A DNA stretch of 64,000 nucleotides from Sphagnum compactum (lineage: Eukaryota): contig OZ234494.1 of the NCBI GenBank assembly GCA_965153455.1, positions 186,001 through 250,000 of the forward strand, given 5' to 3'. The translations under genes and the position numbers were made by a program. The notes beneath the pieces are model-generated. The model saw only the letters and a list, made by a program, of their open reading frames with translations. It was not told the origin of the DNA and did not search any database. How positions within the stretch are numbered: the stretch's first letter is position 1; each line of letters opens with the position of its first letter. This document shows, piece after piece, positions 40,005 to 52,657 of this stretch.

Positions 40005-41266
40005 TAGTTTTGGTATTACTAGCACAAAGACATACCTGATTTGATGTTTATCCAGAAGCAATTGGAGTTTGTCGATTGGGATTGATGATCTTGATTCCAA
40101 CTATTCCTCACATTTTTCATAACTATGGAAGAAATTGGAATTTTTTTGAGTTGTGAAGGAGAAGCCATGCAACGGCATTTCCAAGGGTCTTATAGTTCGT
40201 ATGGCAACTGATGGGGCCTTGTTGTGGTTCATCTATGTAGTTGAACTCAGCATCTTGTAGCTGTTTGGGATGAAAACACTAGCATTCTCATTAGGCACAG
40301 ACTTGTGGTATATTGACAATCGTTTGTTTTGTTGTTCGAAAAGGTTGTAATACTTACCTTTCTTTTTATATTTTTGGGGAATGTTACCAATTTAAATAAT
40401 TTGGTCAGAGGAAAATAGCATTACAATTTCTTTTGCCACATGTGAAGCATTTTAGCACATATCGATACATTTTTTAAGAATTAAAACATGGGTGGGTAAA
40501 CAAATAATTAAGGTAGGAGGGAGCATTACACTCTGAATTTGGAATGCTATGCCCTTGCTTAAAATTGTTTCCATAGAACCAGGTTTTAAAAAAATAATTA
40601 TTGGTGTCCAATACAAAGTGATTCCTTGAATGCATTTTCTTTATCACCAAAGTTTATTAACTATTTCCCTATGATGCCTTATAGTTGATTTGTTGTTCTT
40701 TGTTGGGTGTTTGTATGTAGTGGTTTCCATGTTTTAGGGTTAGTGTCTCAAATTGATTTGGTTTGCACATCTTCAAGCATTATGTTGTTCCAAGTTTCAT
40801 CTACCTCAAGTTACCATCTATTAGGAGCAAAATGTAAGAAAAATGCACAAGGATTTGCCATGATAATCCCATAATTCTTATGTGTCACAATGCATTTGCA
40901 TTGTCCAAATCTCAAGATGTATTAGTTTATATGGGTTGTACACATCAACATATAAATATATGAGATAGGGTTGCCTTGCAAATGATAGCTTTACAGCAAT
41001 ACCAAACATGGCTTGCTGGGATAAGCGCTTCTGCCTGTTGGACATTCCCCTTGGCAGCACCGCCACCATATCTCTGTGCATCACTCGCAACTGAAACTTA
41101 CCTAGAATCACTGACTTGTGGTTGAATGTCAATTCATTCTGATGGTGGTTCCTCATTCAAGGCAATCAAAACTGGAGGTGGTTGTTCATTTTATTTTCAG
41201 AAATGAAATATTCAAAATGAATTAATCAATGTTTGGTAGACATGTGCTGAGATTGTCCCTGTATTA

Positions 41267-41755
41267 CCGTAGTGGCATACCCTGTTCGCACTAAATTAAT
41301 TATTTTCAGGCCACTGTGAAAAAATAATACAAATCCGTCCCCCAAGGGGCTGCTGGAATGCGAAATAGTTAATTTAGTGCTTGATCGAGGGGGACGGATT
41401 TGTATTATTTTTTCAAAGTGGCCTGAAAATAATTAATTTAGTGCGAACAGGGTATGCCACAAATTGAATCAACAGAACATTCCTTCGTGCCAACAAAGGT
41501 CCAGTGACTCTGGCAGTGGCACGGATCACAGAAAAAATTGGCGGCAGAATCCTAAATTGAACGATTAAGATGTCTTGAGTGCCCTGTCAACCAACGGCCA
41601 GGATCCTACAGGCAAACCCTGCGAAAACCTTCAAAACCCTTAACCAAGGGCTGTGCGTAAATCTTGAAAATCGAAATTTGTCCACTGCGAAAGAAAAAAA
41701 CGACCGAAAATAATTATTCGCGACCCGAGGTCGCGAACAGGGTATGCCACTACGG
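41267..41755. mobile_element. Tc1/mariner-type MITE (489 bp) with internal 72-bp fold-back
   Basis: 23-bp TIR CCGTAGTGGCATACCCTGTTCGC / GCGAACAGGGTATGCCACTACGG, TA on both sides. 41272-41343 pairs with 41389-41460 (1 mismatch). Confidence 0.88.
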
Positions 41756-41922
41756 TACAATAACCATAGTTAGAAAAGGATCAGGGCTTGATTAAGAGCA
41801 AAGGATGACAATATATTTGGCTGATTTCTATGAACATACATGCAATAATACCTGCTTGTGATAAGCAGCAATTTTCAACTTATATATTTTCATACCCAAC
41901 TTCAACAAAATTGCATATCTAC

Positions 41923-42243
41923 CAGTGTTGGTATTGTATATAGCTGTGGGATTGGTATCAATGTTCATATCAACGTTGGTATGAGTTGAGGCAATGCTGG
42001 CCTTAATACATGTACATGTTGGTAGGGACTTGAGGTAATAAGAACCTTAGACCAATTTTATATCAATTTCAATATCATGTATATACTCACCTGATATTAA
42101 TCCTAATACCAGGACCAAACTGGTATGAAGTTTTTAACAAAGTACCCAATACCAATACCAATTGGTATACAATTTTTAAACAATAACAACCTTGATACCA
42201 TGATGCGCTGGTATGCTAAAAAATCTATACCATACCAACACTA
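41923..42243. mobile_element. hAT-like MITE
   Basis: TIR cagtgttggtat / ataccaacacta. Many ggtat/atacc subterminal motifs. Decayed 8-bp flanks atatctac / gtacctag. Confidence 0.55.
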
Positions 42244-42486
42244 GTACCTAGGGTTGGTTTTAGGGGTTTGGGGCTTATATTTTTTTGGGCACTTTAAAAT
42301 GAATGGCGCCCAAGAAGTTGGAAAAGTTGAAAATTGGTCATGAAGAGCAAGAAATTGTAAACAAACATAACTTTAATAATTGTGATGCAATAATGTTGGT
42401 AAATTTGCACAACAACTAACTCTATTTGAAATACATTCACCAGTTACATTCAAACTTGAAAATTAAACACATTACATTGTTATTAT

Positions 42487-43189
42487 CACTGTTGAGCGGT
42501 TCTCAAATGTTGATCTGGTTCTTGACCCAAATCTCAGCCCGATTCTCACAATAAGAATCGATTAATATTTGCAGATGAGAACTGGATTGAAAATCGACCT
42601 CAGGTTCTCACAAGAATGAGAATGGATTTAAAATTTTACATATATATACATTTTGAGATCCAGACAGGTTCTCTCATAGAACTCAGATTTGGGTTTCAGA
42701 GTTTCTTATTGGTTCCTCTCCTGCTTCTTCTCACTTGGGCTGCTACCATTCTTCTGTTAATATTACTTTTTTCCTCTTACTCTTCTCTCATTATTAGTTT
42801 TCTCTTTTTATTGCTATTACTTTTCTCTTTATTACTATTATTTTTTTCCCATTGTTCTTTTTTATTATCCTATTGCTGTTATTCTTTTCACATAGTGTTG
42901 CTCTTTTCACATAATGAAATAATGAAATTATTAAATTTTATTTCAATTAGATAAAAAAAAAATCAGGTTGTGGAAACCAGATGTGAAAACTGGTTGTTGT
43001 TTGCATATAAGAGAATTGCCCTATCTGAGAATTGGGTGAGTTTGAAAAAAAATAAAAATTTGATAACTTGATTAGTTTTCACCAGCCCAAAAAAAAAAAG
43101 ATATCAGAGAACCAATCAATTTTTCATAACATCATGAGAGAACTGGAATTGGTTGGTTCTCAAAAAAAAATGAGAACCACCCAACATTA
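42487..43189. mobile_element. hAT-like MITE (703 bp)
   Basis: TIR cactgttgagcggttctca / tgagaaccacccaacatta. 8-bp TSD gttattat / gttattac. Confidence 0.75.
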
Positions 43190-43874
43190 GTTATTACAAC
43201 TTGGTGCTTCACAATTTTATATGTTCCACATAGTTTTCATCTTTTATTTTTAATTTTGAATTATAAAGATGAACATTACTCTATTGACCCTTTACTTTCT
43301 AGATATTATTACATTGTTTTCATAATCATTATGAACCTCCAATGATGGTGGGTCATGAGTTCCTAGTTACTATCTGGATATAGGACATGGTCTTGCAATG
43401 ATGTCCTAAATTAAAATTTGGAAGAATGTAACCTTTTTTCAATGCATTTAATACAAAAGGATCACCTAAACCAGGGGCAACTATATACCTAACATTTGTG
43501 TTCAAATTCTTGGTAATGAAAATTGGTCTTGAAAAAAGGGTTCACAAATAAGTATTGTGAGTGCAAGAAATTAGAAATAAACCAAGCCAGCAATGAAAGA
43601 CTTTGTTAAGATTAGTTTGTGAAAGACTGTGAATTCAATTGAAGTAAGAAATATAGGGATGTTATTTGGTGAGTGTCAAGGTTGTAATTGCATTCGTGTG
43701 TTTGTCACAGTGCAATAGATGCATTTGGAAGTAAACGTATTTATGCATCATGTTAGTATAAAGTTAGCCTAGGTCAATTTAAGTGAAAAGCACTTTTGAG
43801 TTGTTCAGGGCAAGTTTACTAACGACAGAAATTGGACCCAATTCGATCGTTGTAAACCTTGTGGCAATTGAAAC

Positions 43875-44200
43875 GCCTTTTGGTCACCTCAAGAATTTGG
43901 TCATTAAAATTTCAGTTGTCACAAGAATTTAGTCACCACACATTTCGGTCATCACATGTTTTTAGTTGCCACAAAATTCGGTTGCCATAAATTTTGGTCA
44001 GCACACATTTTAATAGCCACATGTTTTGGTCACCACAACATTCAATCATCATGTTTTTGGTTGCTAATTTTCAATTGCCATATTTTTGTTTGCCATCTTT
44101 CGGTTGCCACATTTTGGTTGACACATTTTCTATCGTCAACTTTTAAATCATCGCATTTTTTGTCATTGAATTTTTGATTGCCACATTTTCCATCAGTAAC
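43875..44200. repeat. Degenerate ~20-bp tandem repeat (ttttggtcaccacaa-like), probably TE subterminal
   Basis: Recurrent ttt.ggtc/ttgccac motifs at about 20-bp spacing. Confidence 0.65.
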
Positions 44201-46260
44201 AACCATTTTGGGTTGGCATTATCTTTGGCCACCAACATGATTAGTCACTAGACAATGACCTTTTTCGTGATGGACAAGAAGGGTTTATCATGGTTTCATC
44301 ACAACAAGGATTGTTTCAATGTTTTGGTGCAATGTTTTTGGGCTATCCCAAAAATATATTTACTCCATTGAAGAATCAATTTTTCATTCTTTAGTTTCAA
44401 GAATAATTTCAATAAAAAAAAGTATAATGTAGTTTGGGTACAATATCAATCCCCACAATTGAAAATCAGGGGTGTGTCACAATGTGTCCTTGCCATTTAC
44501 ATTAGAAAACATTTTAAGGCAAAAGAAAAATTTATGAAAATTTCAATATTTCACCATGCAAAAATATATTATTTAAAAAAATCCTCTAAAAGAAACCAAA
44601 ATCTTTCTAGATATCACAACTCTATAATTAATTTCAAGTTTCAACACAAGTGAAAATATCATCTTTCAAAAATCCTCGTAGAAAAATAGACCTATTACAT
44701 GGGGGCCAAAATCCTTTAAGTTATTATTTTCTATAATGAATCTAAAAAAAAATCCTAGCCTTAGTAGGCAAGCCCAAAAGAAAAATGAAAACCAAAACAA
44801 TAATCTATAGAATGAATGGCTTGTATTTGCATTAATAAATATTGTTTCAAATGAATTTTTATTAATTTTTTTTCATTACTTGATGTCTATGAATTATATC
44901 AAAGCACATTATTAATGTTAAGTCCAATTATCTATAATTAAAAAAATAGAAAACAGATTAGTAATACTTGTGTAAAAGTGTAAATGATCATTGTATTTTA
45001 TGTTTACAAGAAACCCATCATCATTATAAAACATAGATTCACAAATTTCAAATGTGTGAGAAGGATGGATTCACAAATTTCAAATTTAATTACACATGAC
45101 AACATGATTCATTCACAAAATTGGGTTTTACAAAATTTGCAAGTCCAAAACATGTCAGTTTGTAAAGATCATGCAAATTACACCATATTTCATATGTAAT
45201 AACTACAAACTATCTATGGTTGCCTTCAGTAACATTGGTTAGATGTAATCCAATTGTATGGAAGCCCCCTCAATGTGCACACAATGTGTTGAATAGTTTT
45301 TTGTGTCTCTAGATTTGGCTCATACGTGTTATGGATCACTTTCCCAATGACATCTTGGTTGAATTGTTCATAAAATATTCAACATCCCAATCTTCACCCC
45401 ATATAACATTTGTCAGCTTGCCCACCAAATATGTTTCAGACTTCAAATTTTTGACATGTTGTTTGCCCATTTGTCGAAGGGAATTTGTAGTTCTTAGTTC
45501 ACTATAAAAAAATTTATGGGGCAACCCATCAACACACTTTTTTTGTGTTGGTGGCATTTTGTTCTTTTGCAAACCCATACAATGATGGTGTCACCTCTTG
45601 CAAGCGTTCAACTTCACCTTAAGCACACACGCATATGTACATAACATTTGGTTTGTTTGGTGAAAAATGCAACATAATGTTGTCCTTGGACAATTCATCG
45701 TGCAAAATTTCAAAATGACATACTGCATTCATAATGTTTATGAATGCGCATGCCAACTTCACACAATTTTACTTAAATGCAACAAGATATGTTCACATTT
45801 TCATATTTGGCCCCCTTGCCACAATAATGTTTGATAATTACCCATAATGGGGGAGTATTTTGTGTTGTAATCCAACATTTCTTGAAGAGTTCCCTCATTC
45901 CACCACAATGCCTAAGCCTTCATGCACTACTACAAAATGTGTGTGCAATTCAATAGTCCTCGTCCACTAGATTAATGAATTCATTACTTTCCAACTAGTC
46001 CCCATTTATTAAGACTAGTGAATTCACTCAAAATTTAGTGAAATCATGTGGCGTACAAGGACACCTTTTGTTGTAATGATGGCATTTATTTGGATGGCAA
46101 GGAATTTAATGACATGTAGATGTTCACACAGTCATGCCAAAATTTTCACTAATTATTTGTGTGCTTCCTATTTATCATTCATTTTAAGTGTGTTTTTTAT
46201 CAACTCAATCGTGCTTAGGATGTGATTGAATCTTGCAATTACACCTTGTACACCACACCA

Positions 46261-46824
46261 AAGCATATTGATTATAAAATATTTCCATGCTTTTTTAACC
46301 ACTGCCATTATTTTATCAAATGTTTTTTTTTAAAATTTATATCTCGCATGTTATTTAAATTTGGGTAACAATCCAATAATGAAATATTTTAACAACAATA
46401 TGTTAATTTTTATGAAAAATCCACTTCTCTCCCTATTTCAATTTTTTTACAATATTAGAATTGTATATATATTTTCACCTTATTTGAATTGACACAATTT
46501 TAAGAATACATTGATTATGTGGCATGGAATTCTGAGATAATAAAAAAGGAGATTAATTAGAATTTGTAATAATTTGATTACTTTAATCCTAATTAATCTA
46601 AAATTTTGATTAAAAGTTAAAGGTCATCAGCATGATTATCATCTTTTTAACAATGGAAACTTTTGAATGGATTATACAAAAATGATTTCAACATTGGATA
46701 AAATTGTTATAATTACGTTTTTTTTTCATCTGTGTAGACTATCTAACCTACATAGTAATTATGATATATAACCCTTATGGGAAAAATTATATATGGTCAT
46801 TCCTAGTGTATTATATTATTATCA
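46261..46824 (+). repeat. ~565-bp dispersed repeat, copy 2
   Basis: Matches 6211-6774. Confidence 0.9.
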
Positions 46825-47990
46825 ATCATCAACTGTGTGATGTCTTCACTATCAAAGCTAAAAATCTTAGCATGAAACCAAGTCTTGGGTATTCTCATAA
46901 ACCAACTTGCATTTACTGGGCGAACTGTCACTTGTAAATAATATCAGAACTCTCTGTACTCTGTTCTAATGCGTCTAGTGACCTCCAATATACTCTAACA
47001 GAGTGGAGATTGATAATTACACAAAACTGTACTAGCAAAAAAAATTACACAACCTTTTTGTGAATATCATGTGATGGGTAATAATATAATATTCTGAAAG
47101 GTTGCAGTTTCATCATGCCCAGAACAGGGATTTTAAAAGAAAATTCGTGATATAATTTTTTTGGAAAATATTTCAAAATTAGTCAAATTTACACTACAAA
47201 AGACACATTTTTCCAGATTTTTCCAGATTTTTTGAATTGACAGCATTTTTCAGAAAAAAACACTGAGGTCACAGAAGCACTAATAATGGGTACTTGTTGT
47301 CCAGTGAATAACCTGTTGCATGTCAAAGTTGGCTGAGTGCTACTAAAAGTGGCTTGTGCCATTGAGCACATATCATAATATTGAATGAATTTTGAAAGGG
47401 AAAATTGCACACCGTTTTTGACCTCCGTGTGAAATCCAGTTTTTCATTAAATTTTTTTTAAAAAATTTATTGAATTTCATATGAGAAAATTTACTCAAAA
47501 TTCAATGTCTCTCACCTCTTAAGTCTAGAAATCACTTCCATGCATCCCTGATCATTGAGAGCTTTCCAAGAGTATAAATGGCACAAACTAATTTTCCTAT
47601 AATATTTGATATTTAGTTTCAAATGATAAGACTATTCAAAACTCAATGACTCCTATAGCATAGCTTTAAACATTATGAAACCACCCTGGTGCACTTGTGC
47701 TCATTTAGGGCTTTCCAATAGTACCAAAGAGCATTTATTTTTCTTTTAAGGGAGAGAGGGTTTGGAAGACTATTTGAGTTTTGGGGTTTTGTTTCTTACA
47801 TGTTCCCAATAATGTTCTCCCTACAAGAACTTTGTGTTCATGTTTCCAACGTGTTCCCAATTTTATCCCATGGGCTTTGCCAAATGTTCCCTATGTGGTT
47901 CCCATGTTCTTCCCAATAACCCCACTTTTCATCCCATTTTTGCTTGTCCAAAGTCCTACTCTTTGTACGCCAAATGGAAAACTTGACTAA

Positions 47991-48322
47991 GAGTGACTTT
48001 AGAGGAGGGTCCAAGGTCCAGGGACCAATGAATTCAAGCAATCTTATTGGTCGAAAGCTTTAAATTGGTCCCAAGGCCTTTAGAAGAGGGTCCAAGACGA
48101 AAAAGTGGCAATTTGAGGCTAGACCTACATGGCACCTGTTTTGGAGGCAAAATCAGTTGGTTTGGACCGAAAAACAGTGCTTAAAGGAGAGCTCCTGATT
48201 TGGAGAACCAAGAATTAGGCTAGAGACCAAGGTACAGTCCAACTCAAGGATTCAATTTGCTTCCAATGAGTCCAAATTGGTTCTTACGAAATTGGACCCT
48301 GGACGCTCGCCTAAAGTGGGCC
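47991..48322. mobile_element. PIF/Harbinger-like MITE
   Basis: Imperfect ~30-bp TIR actttagaggagggtccaaggtcca / tggaccctggacgctcgcctaaagt. TAA on the left; the TSD on the right is unclear. Confidence 0.5.
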
Positions 48323-48705
48323 ATAAGAGTTTTGAAACATTTTTTTGTAAAGGGCCACCCAATCAACAAGCCCTGTCACAAAAGAAAAGGTTTTGAACTT
48401 TGAATGCGCCCACAAGCAATAACATTATACCCTACTCTTGAAAGAGCCCAATTTTACTACTGGAATCTTTTTAGTACAACTAGTACTACCTGGTGTTGCT
48501 GTTTTGGCGTGTGGGCTCCTCAACTGACAGTAAGTACATCAAACTCTTATCAACCTATGGCTGCAGCTCCAGTATGCCTTTTAAGTTACCCTTTAGACAT
48601 TTGGGGGCTTGGAAGCATGACAGAGAGGAGAAACTACATGATTGTTGTATAATATTTTTTAAACATATAATGTGCAGTGCAGTATCACAACAAGGTGACT
48701 AATAA

Positions 48706-49010
48706 TTTTCTTTTTTTTGTCATTAACATTTGACAGTAGAAAATAAATAAGTAAAGGAAAAAAACAAGAGAAAGAAAACGAAAGGATTGAAGTCCAAACA
48801 GAAGACCAAGCTCGAAAGTGCAGAATACGCAATGGGACCCCTAAGAGAGAAAAGCATGGAACTTAGGATTTAAACCCATCACAAGTAGCTCGAAGCAAGT
48901 CGCACAAAGAGATGGGCAAAAAACCTGGAAGGACACCAAGCCTAGAAGAGGCCTCTCTTACTGCTACAACTGCCCACCGCAAGATGGTGGCAGCCTGAAC
49001 TCTCTGAAGA
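48706..49010 (-). mobile_element. 5'-truncated non-LTR retrotransposon 3' end (CRE/RLE-like)
   Basis: Minus frame LQRVQAATILRWAVVAVREASSRLGVLPGFLPISLCDLLRA..* resembles the LQRxxAxxI C-terminus of RLE-type elements. T-rich 3' UTR and A-tail at about 48706-48718. Confidence 0.6.
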
Positions 49011-50437
49011 GGTATATTTTACAAAATAATGAAAAGTGTGTGCTTGAAAGTTTCTTTCAGAATTTCAGCATGGCAAGCAACTATATTTTTCAGTTTCTTT
49101 TACAATTTAAAAAATAGTTAATTACTGCCTAATTAACCAGGCTAAGTATTCCTTGATGCATAGAGTAAAGAACTTGGGTGGCCCAGGCATTCCCAAAAAT
49201 ATGGGGCTTAGGACAAGGTAAATGTCTCTCATCAGGCCCCCACATTTTGGAATGTTCTTCACTCGCCCATAAGCTTACACATAGTAAAGCTCGTAAAGCA
49301 CAAGCTGTAAGTAATGCATTCCAAGGTTTCTTTCTTTGTATGTGAAAAAGTTTTGTGCTTTACACTAGGAAGGCTTGCTACCACAGGCCTCCCCTAATTT
49401 TTGGGCCTAAAACCGAAGGCTGTAGCATCAAATTGGAGCAGGCCTTCCCAGATCAGGAGTAATCCCCTGTCCAGAAATCAATTCAAGGTTTTTTTCCTTT
49501 GTATTTAAAAGCACCTTCCCCACATGGACAATTCATTCATCACTTGAAGGACCCTGTCACTAATCACATGTAAACCTTCCACCATTCACATAGAAAACCT
49601 TTTGTGCGTAATGCTGAGGAAAACCACCTCCATGGGTGTCCCCTAATTTTCAAGCCTACGCCCACAGGCTATTGCACTCCTCAAATTAGGGGAGTCCAAT
49701 GGGAGTTGCAACCCTTCCCCTATATATTATCATGAACCTAAACGTTGGTAGAGCATGAGGTGTATGAGAGTAGTGAGGTGTATGAGAGTAGGGTTCTTAC
49801 ACCTACTCCTTAACCTTTAAACATCAGGGTGAACCATTTTGGTCCACTTTCCCTTGGGATTTCAAAACCCGTGATGTTTAGGGGTTACGAATGTCATGGA
49901 TCTTATTGTAGGTAGAATAAAAGCCCTCCTCTTTTGTAGGGAGGGGTAGTAATTATAGATATAAGGTGCCTTCCAAGTACCTTAGGAAATGTCCTCCCAT
50001 CAAGTTCAGCTCTTGGATACGAGAAGAGAAGCAGATGATGATCTTGGGTGGTGGTGGTGATGGTAGGTTTTGTAGAAATCTAGATGAAAGCTTTGCCATG
50101 TTCTTTATCAGTATGTGGCCTCGGTACTGCCAATAGCTTGTCAGTTGGGTTGGTAGCTTATCAGTTGAGTCTGCTGTTGTGTCCGTTAGGGGAAAAGAAA
50201 TTTTTTAAAAAAAATCTGAGAGTTGATTGTGGATTCCAATTGCATACTTTTGCAGGATACTAGCAGGAAGAATCAGATTTAGAAGAGCAGCAGAAGATTC
50301 AGTCTATAGTGCAGAATGAAGCAGATGGAGATTGTTGGTTTTTGTGTATAGGATAATTTATTAAGTCTATGAAGAAGGTAGACTAGCTTCAGATGGTCAC
50401 AAAGAGCGAGAGAACCTCTGCTGCAGCAGCTGCTGTT

Positions 50438-50878
50438 CAGACCTTCTACCACTAAAAAATTTTTGACACTAAAACGTCACTAACTACACTAAGTGGTGAC
50501 TAGAGGTGCGTCATATTGATCCTCTGCCGAAGCTAGTTAACTATAGTGATGCATGAACATTGAGCTCACAATAGTTAGTTAACTATAGTGATGCATATAT
50601 GCGCCAACACATTATAGGTAGTTAACTGCAGCATATAGAGTTGTTGCTAATTTTTTGTAATTGCTGTTAATTATAAGTTCAATAAAAGGCGTTCGCCGTC
50701 CAAGGCTAATTAACTTTAGTGATGCTTCAGCTTCTTGTTCAACATGTTTTTCAGTTAGTTACTTATAATGGTGGTCAGAGGTTGGACCTTATAGGCATAG
50801 TTAACTTAGAGGTTGTCACAACCCGAGGATTAAAAAAAATAGTTAAAGTAGTTAACTACTGTAGTGGTAGAAGGTCTG
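50438..50878. mobile_element. hAT-like MITE (441 bp) upstream of the OCT pseudogene
   Basis: Perfect 17-bp TIR CAGACCTTCTACCACTA / TAGTGGTAGAAGGTCTG. 8-bp TSD ctgctgtt / cagctgtt. Repeated palindromic TAGTTAACTA inside. Confidence 0.8.
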
Positions 50879-51189
50879 CAGCTGTTGTTGTCATCACTGG
50901 ACAACACAACAACAACTCTGTGCATGGAGCCTGGGAGGGAGGAAGGTGGAAGCTCATCTGCAAGGGTGGTGCAGTAGCCAAGTTCCTGCCAGCCACAACA
51001 AATCTAATTTGGCAACAAGGATTTTAAGCCTGCAGCAAGAATTCTAGGGAATGGAAAGAAGTGATGATTGTTTGAGTTGGGAAGAAGGATTGATTGTGAA
51101 TAATTCTGCTAGTGCAGATGCAGTGATCATGGATATTGGAGCTGCAGTTGCAGCAGCAGCAGCTTGCAGTACTATGGAGAATCATTGAT

Positions 51190-52657
51190 ATGCTGCAGGA
51201 GCAGGAGGAGGAGGAGCACAACATTGATCTTCTGCATGATGATTCAGATGCTGCGAGAAGACTTAGACTAGTTCCTAATAACGAGAAGCTTTCCGTGGAC
51301 GATTTGCTGCAGAAGTGGGTGGGCGAGTGTGGAAGAGCTCAGCTGGCACTTTGTGTTGGTTAGCTTGGCTTGGACTATTCATGGCCTTCAGACCTTTGCT
51401 ATGGTGTTTGCTGATCGTCAACCTTCCTGGCAGTGTCGTTCATCTCCCTCTCAATCTCTCACCTCTGCAAGCACCAGCTTCTCCAATGCAGCTCTCAACA
51501 TTACAGCTACAGGTGATGATAGATCATCACATGAACTCTGGACCTCCCCACTGCACCATCGCTAGCTCCTCGACATGATCTGATCTGCAAGCTTCTTGAT
51601 CACAGTGCAGAATTTTACAGCTAGCTAGCTAGACTTTGTTCTTGAAGTAGTACTGCTGCTGCTGCTTGATCCTTCTTGCAATTGTAGGCTAGAAGAATCG
51701 CAGCTGCAGCTCATGATTCATGCGTGATGGGATTTTGGGTCGACTTCCTCATGCAAGTTTTGTAGCAAATCTGCATCAAGCTCCAGGAGCAGCTGCTGCT
51801 GCATCTGCTACAAGATTTTCTGGTACGCTTTTGGATGTGATGAAATGCTCAGGAACACGCAAGAGAATGCTCATCATGGTGGTGATCTGGTTCAACTGCG
51901 CTATAGTCTACTACGGGATCAATCTCAAACGTCGTCAACATCGGCTTCGACTTGTATCTAAGCGTCTTCACCAACGGCTTGGTGGAGCTTCCTGCATACG
52001 CCATCACAGCTTTGCTTCCACAAAGACTTGGCAGACGGAACCTGCTCGTCGCATCCATGCTCTTGCCTGGCGTTTGTTGTATCATGGGAAGCTTACTCTC
52101 TGTCCATGAGCAGGTGCCAGTAATCTCCCATGCAAATAATCTTGAAGGGACTCCTGCAGCTTCTGCTAGATTCGGATCACCTGAGTCCAAGACTTTCTCG
52201 CAGTCTAGGATGGAAGATGTTAGCAAGTTCTTTCTTTGCTGCGATTGTTGAATCAATTGGTCGCTTATACAGTTACGACCAGAGCAGCAATTCTTTATTT
52301 TCTTCTTCTTCTTCTTCTTGGACTCTGAACTGGGTGGGTCTTGCTCGGCTTCTTTGTGGGGTGATTGGGATCTTCGGCATAGGTGGAGCTTACAACCTCG
52401 TCTACATCTACACTTTGGAGTTGTTTCCCACTGTGGTGCGAAATGCAGCTCTAGGGTTGGCGACCCAAGCAGGAGGGATAGGAGCTGTGATTGCTCCCAC
52501 AATTGTTGCTCTGGATTACTACAACTCCGCCATTCCTTTCGGCCTCTTTGCAGCTGCTGCTCTTGTGGGTGCTTTGCTGGCCTTGTTGCTTCCTGAAACT
52601 CTCAACCAACCTCTGTGGCAGACTCTGGAAGGCATGGAAAATGCCAGCACTTTGTAA
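51190..52657 (+). pseudogene. Organic cation/carnitine transporter (OCT, MFS) pseudogene
   Basis: LSVDDLLQKWVGECGRAQL/WHFVLVSLAW...VFADRQPSWQC ; VYYGINL/NVVNIGFDLYLSVF..LVELPAY ; YTLELFPTVVRNAALG...LLPET. Frameshifts near 51343, 51928 and 52220. The TM2-6 region is absent. Confidence 0.88.

Noticed and set aside
40035-41160. Possible minus-strand exon remnants with GT donors
   Set aside because: No recognisable protein and stops in the candidate frames; too weak to call.
50450-50866. CACTA transposon (CACTA...TAGTG)
   Set aside because: The inverted repeat extends 12 bp further out and has an 8-bp TSD, which fits hAT better.
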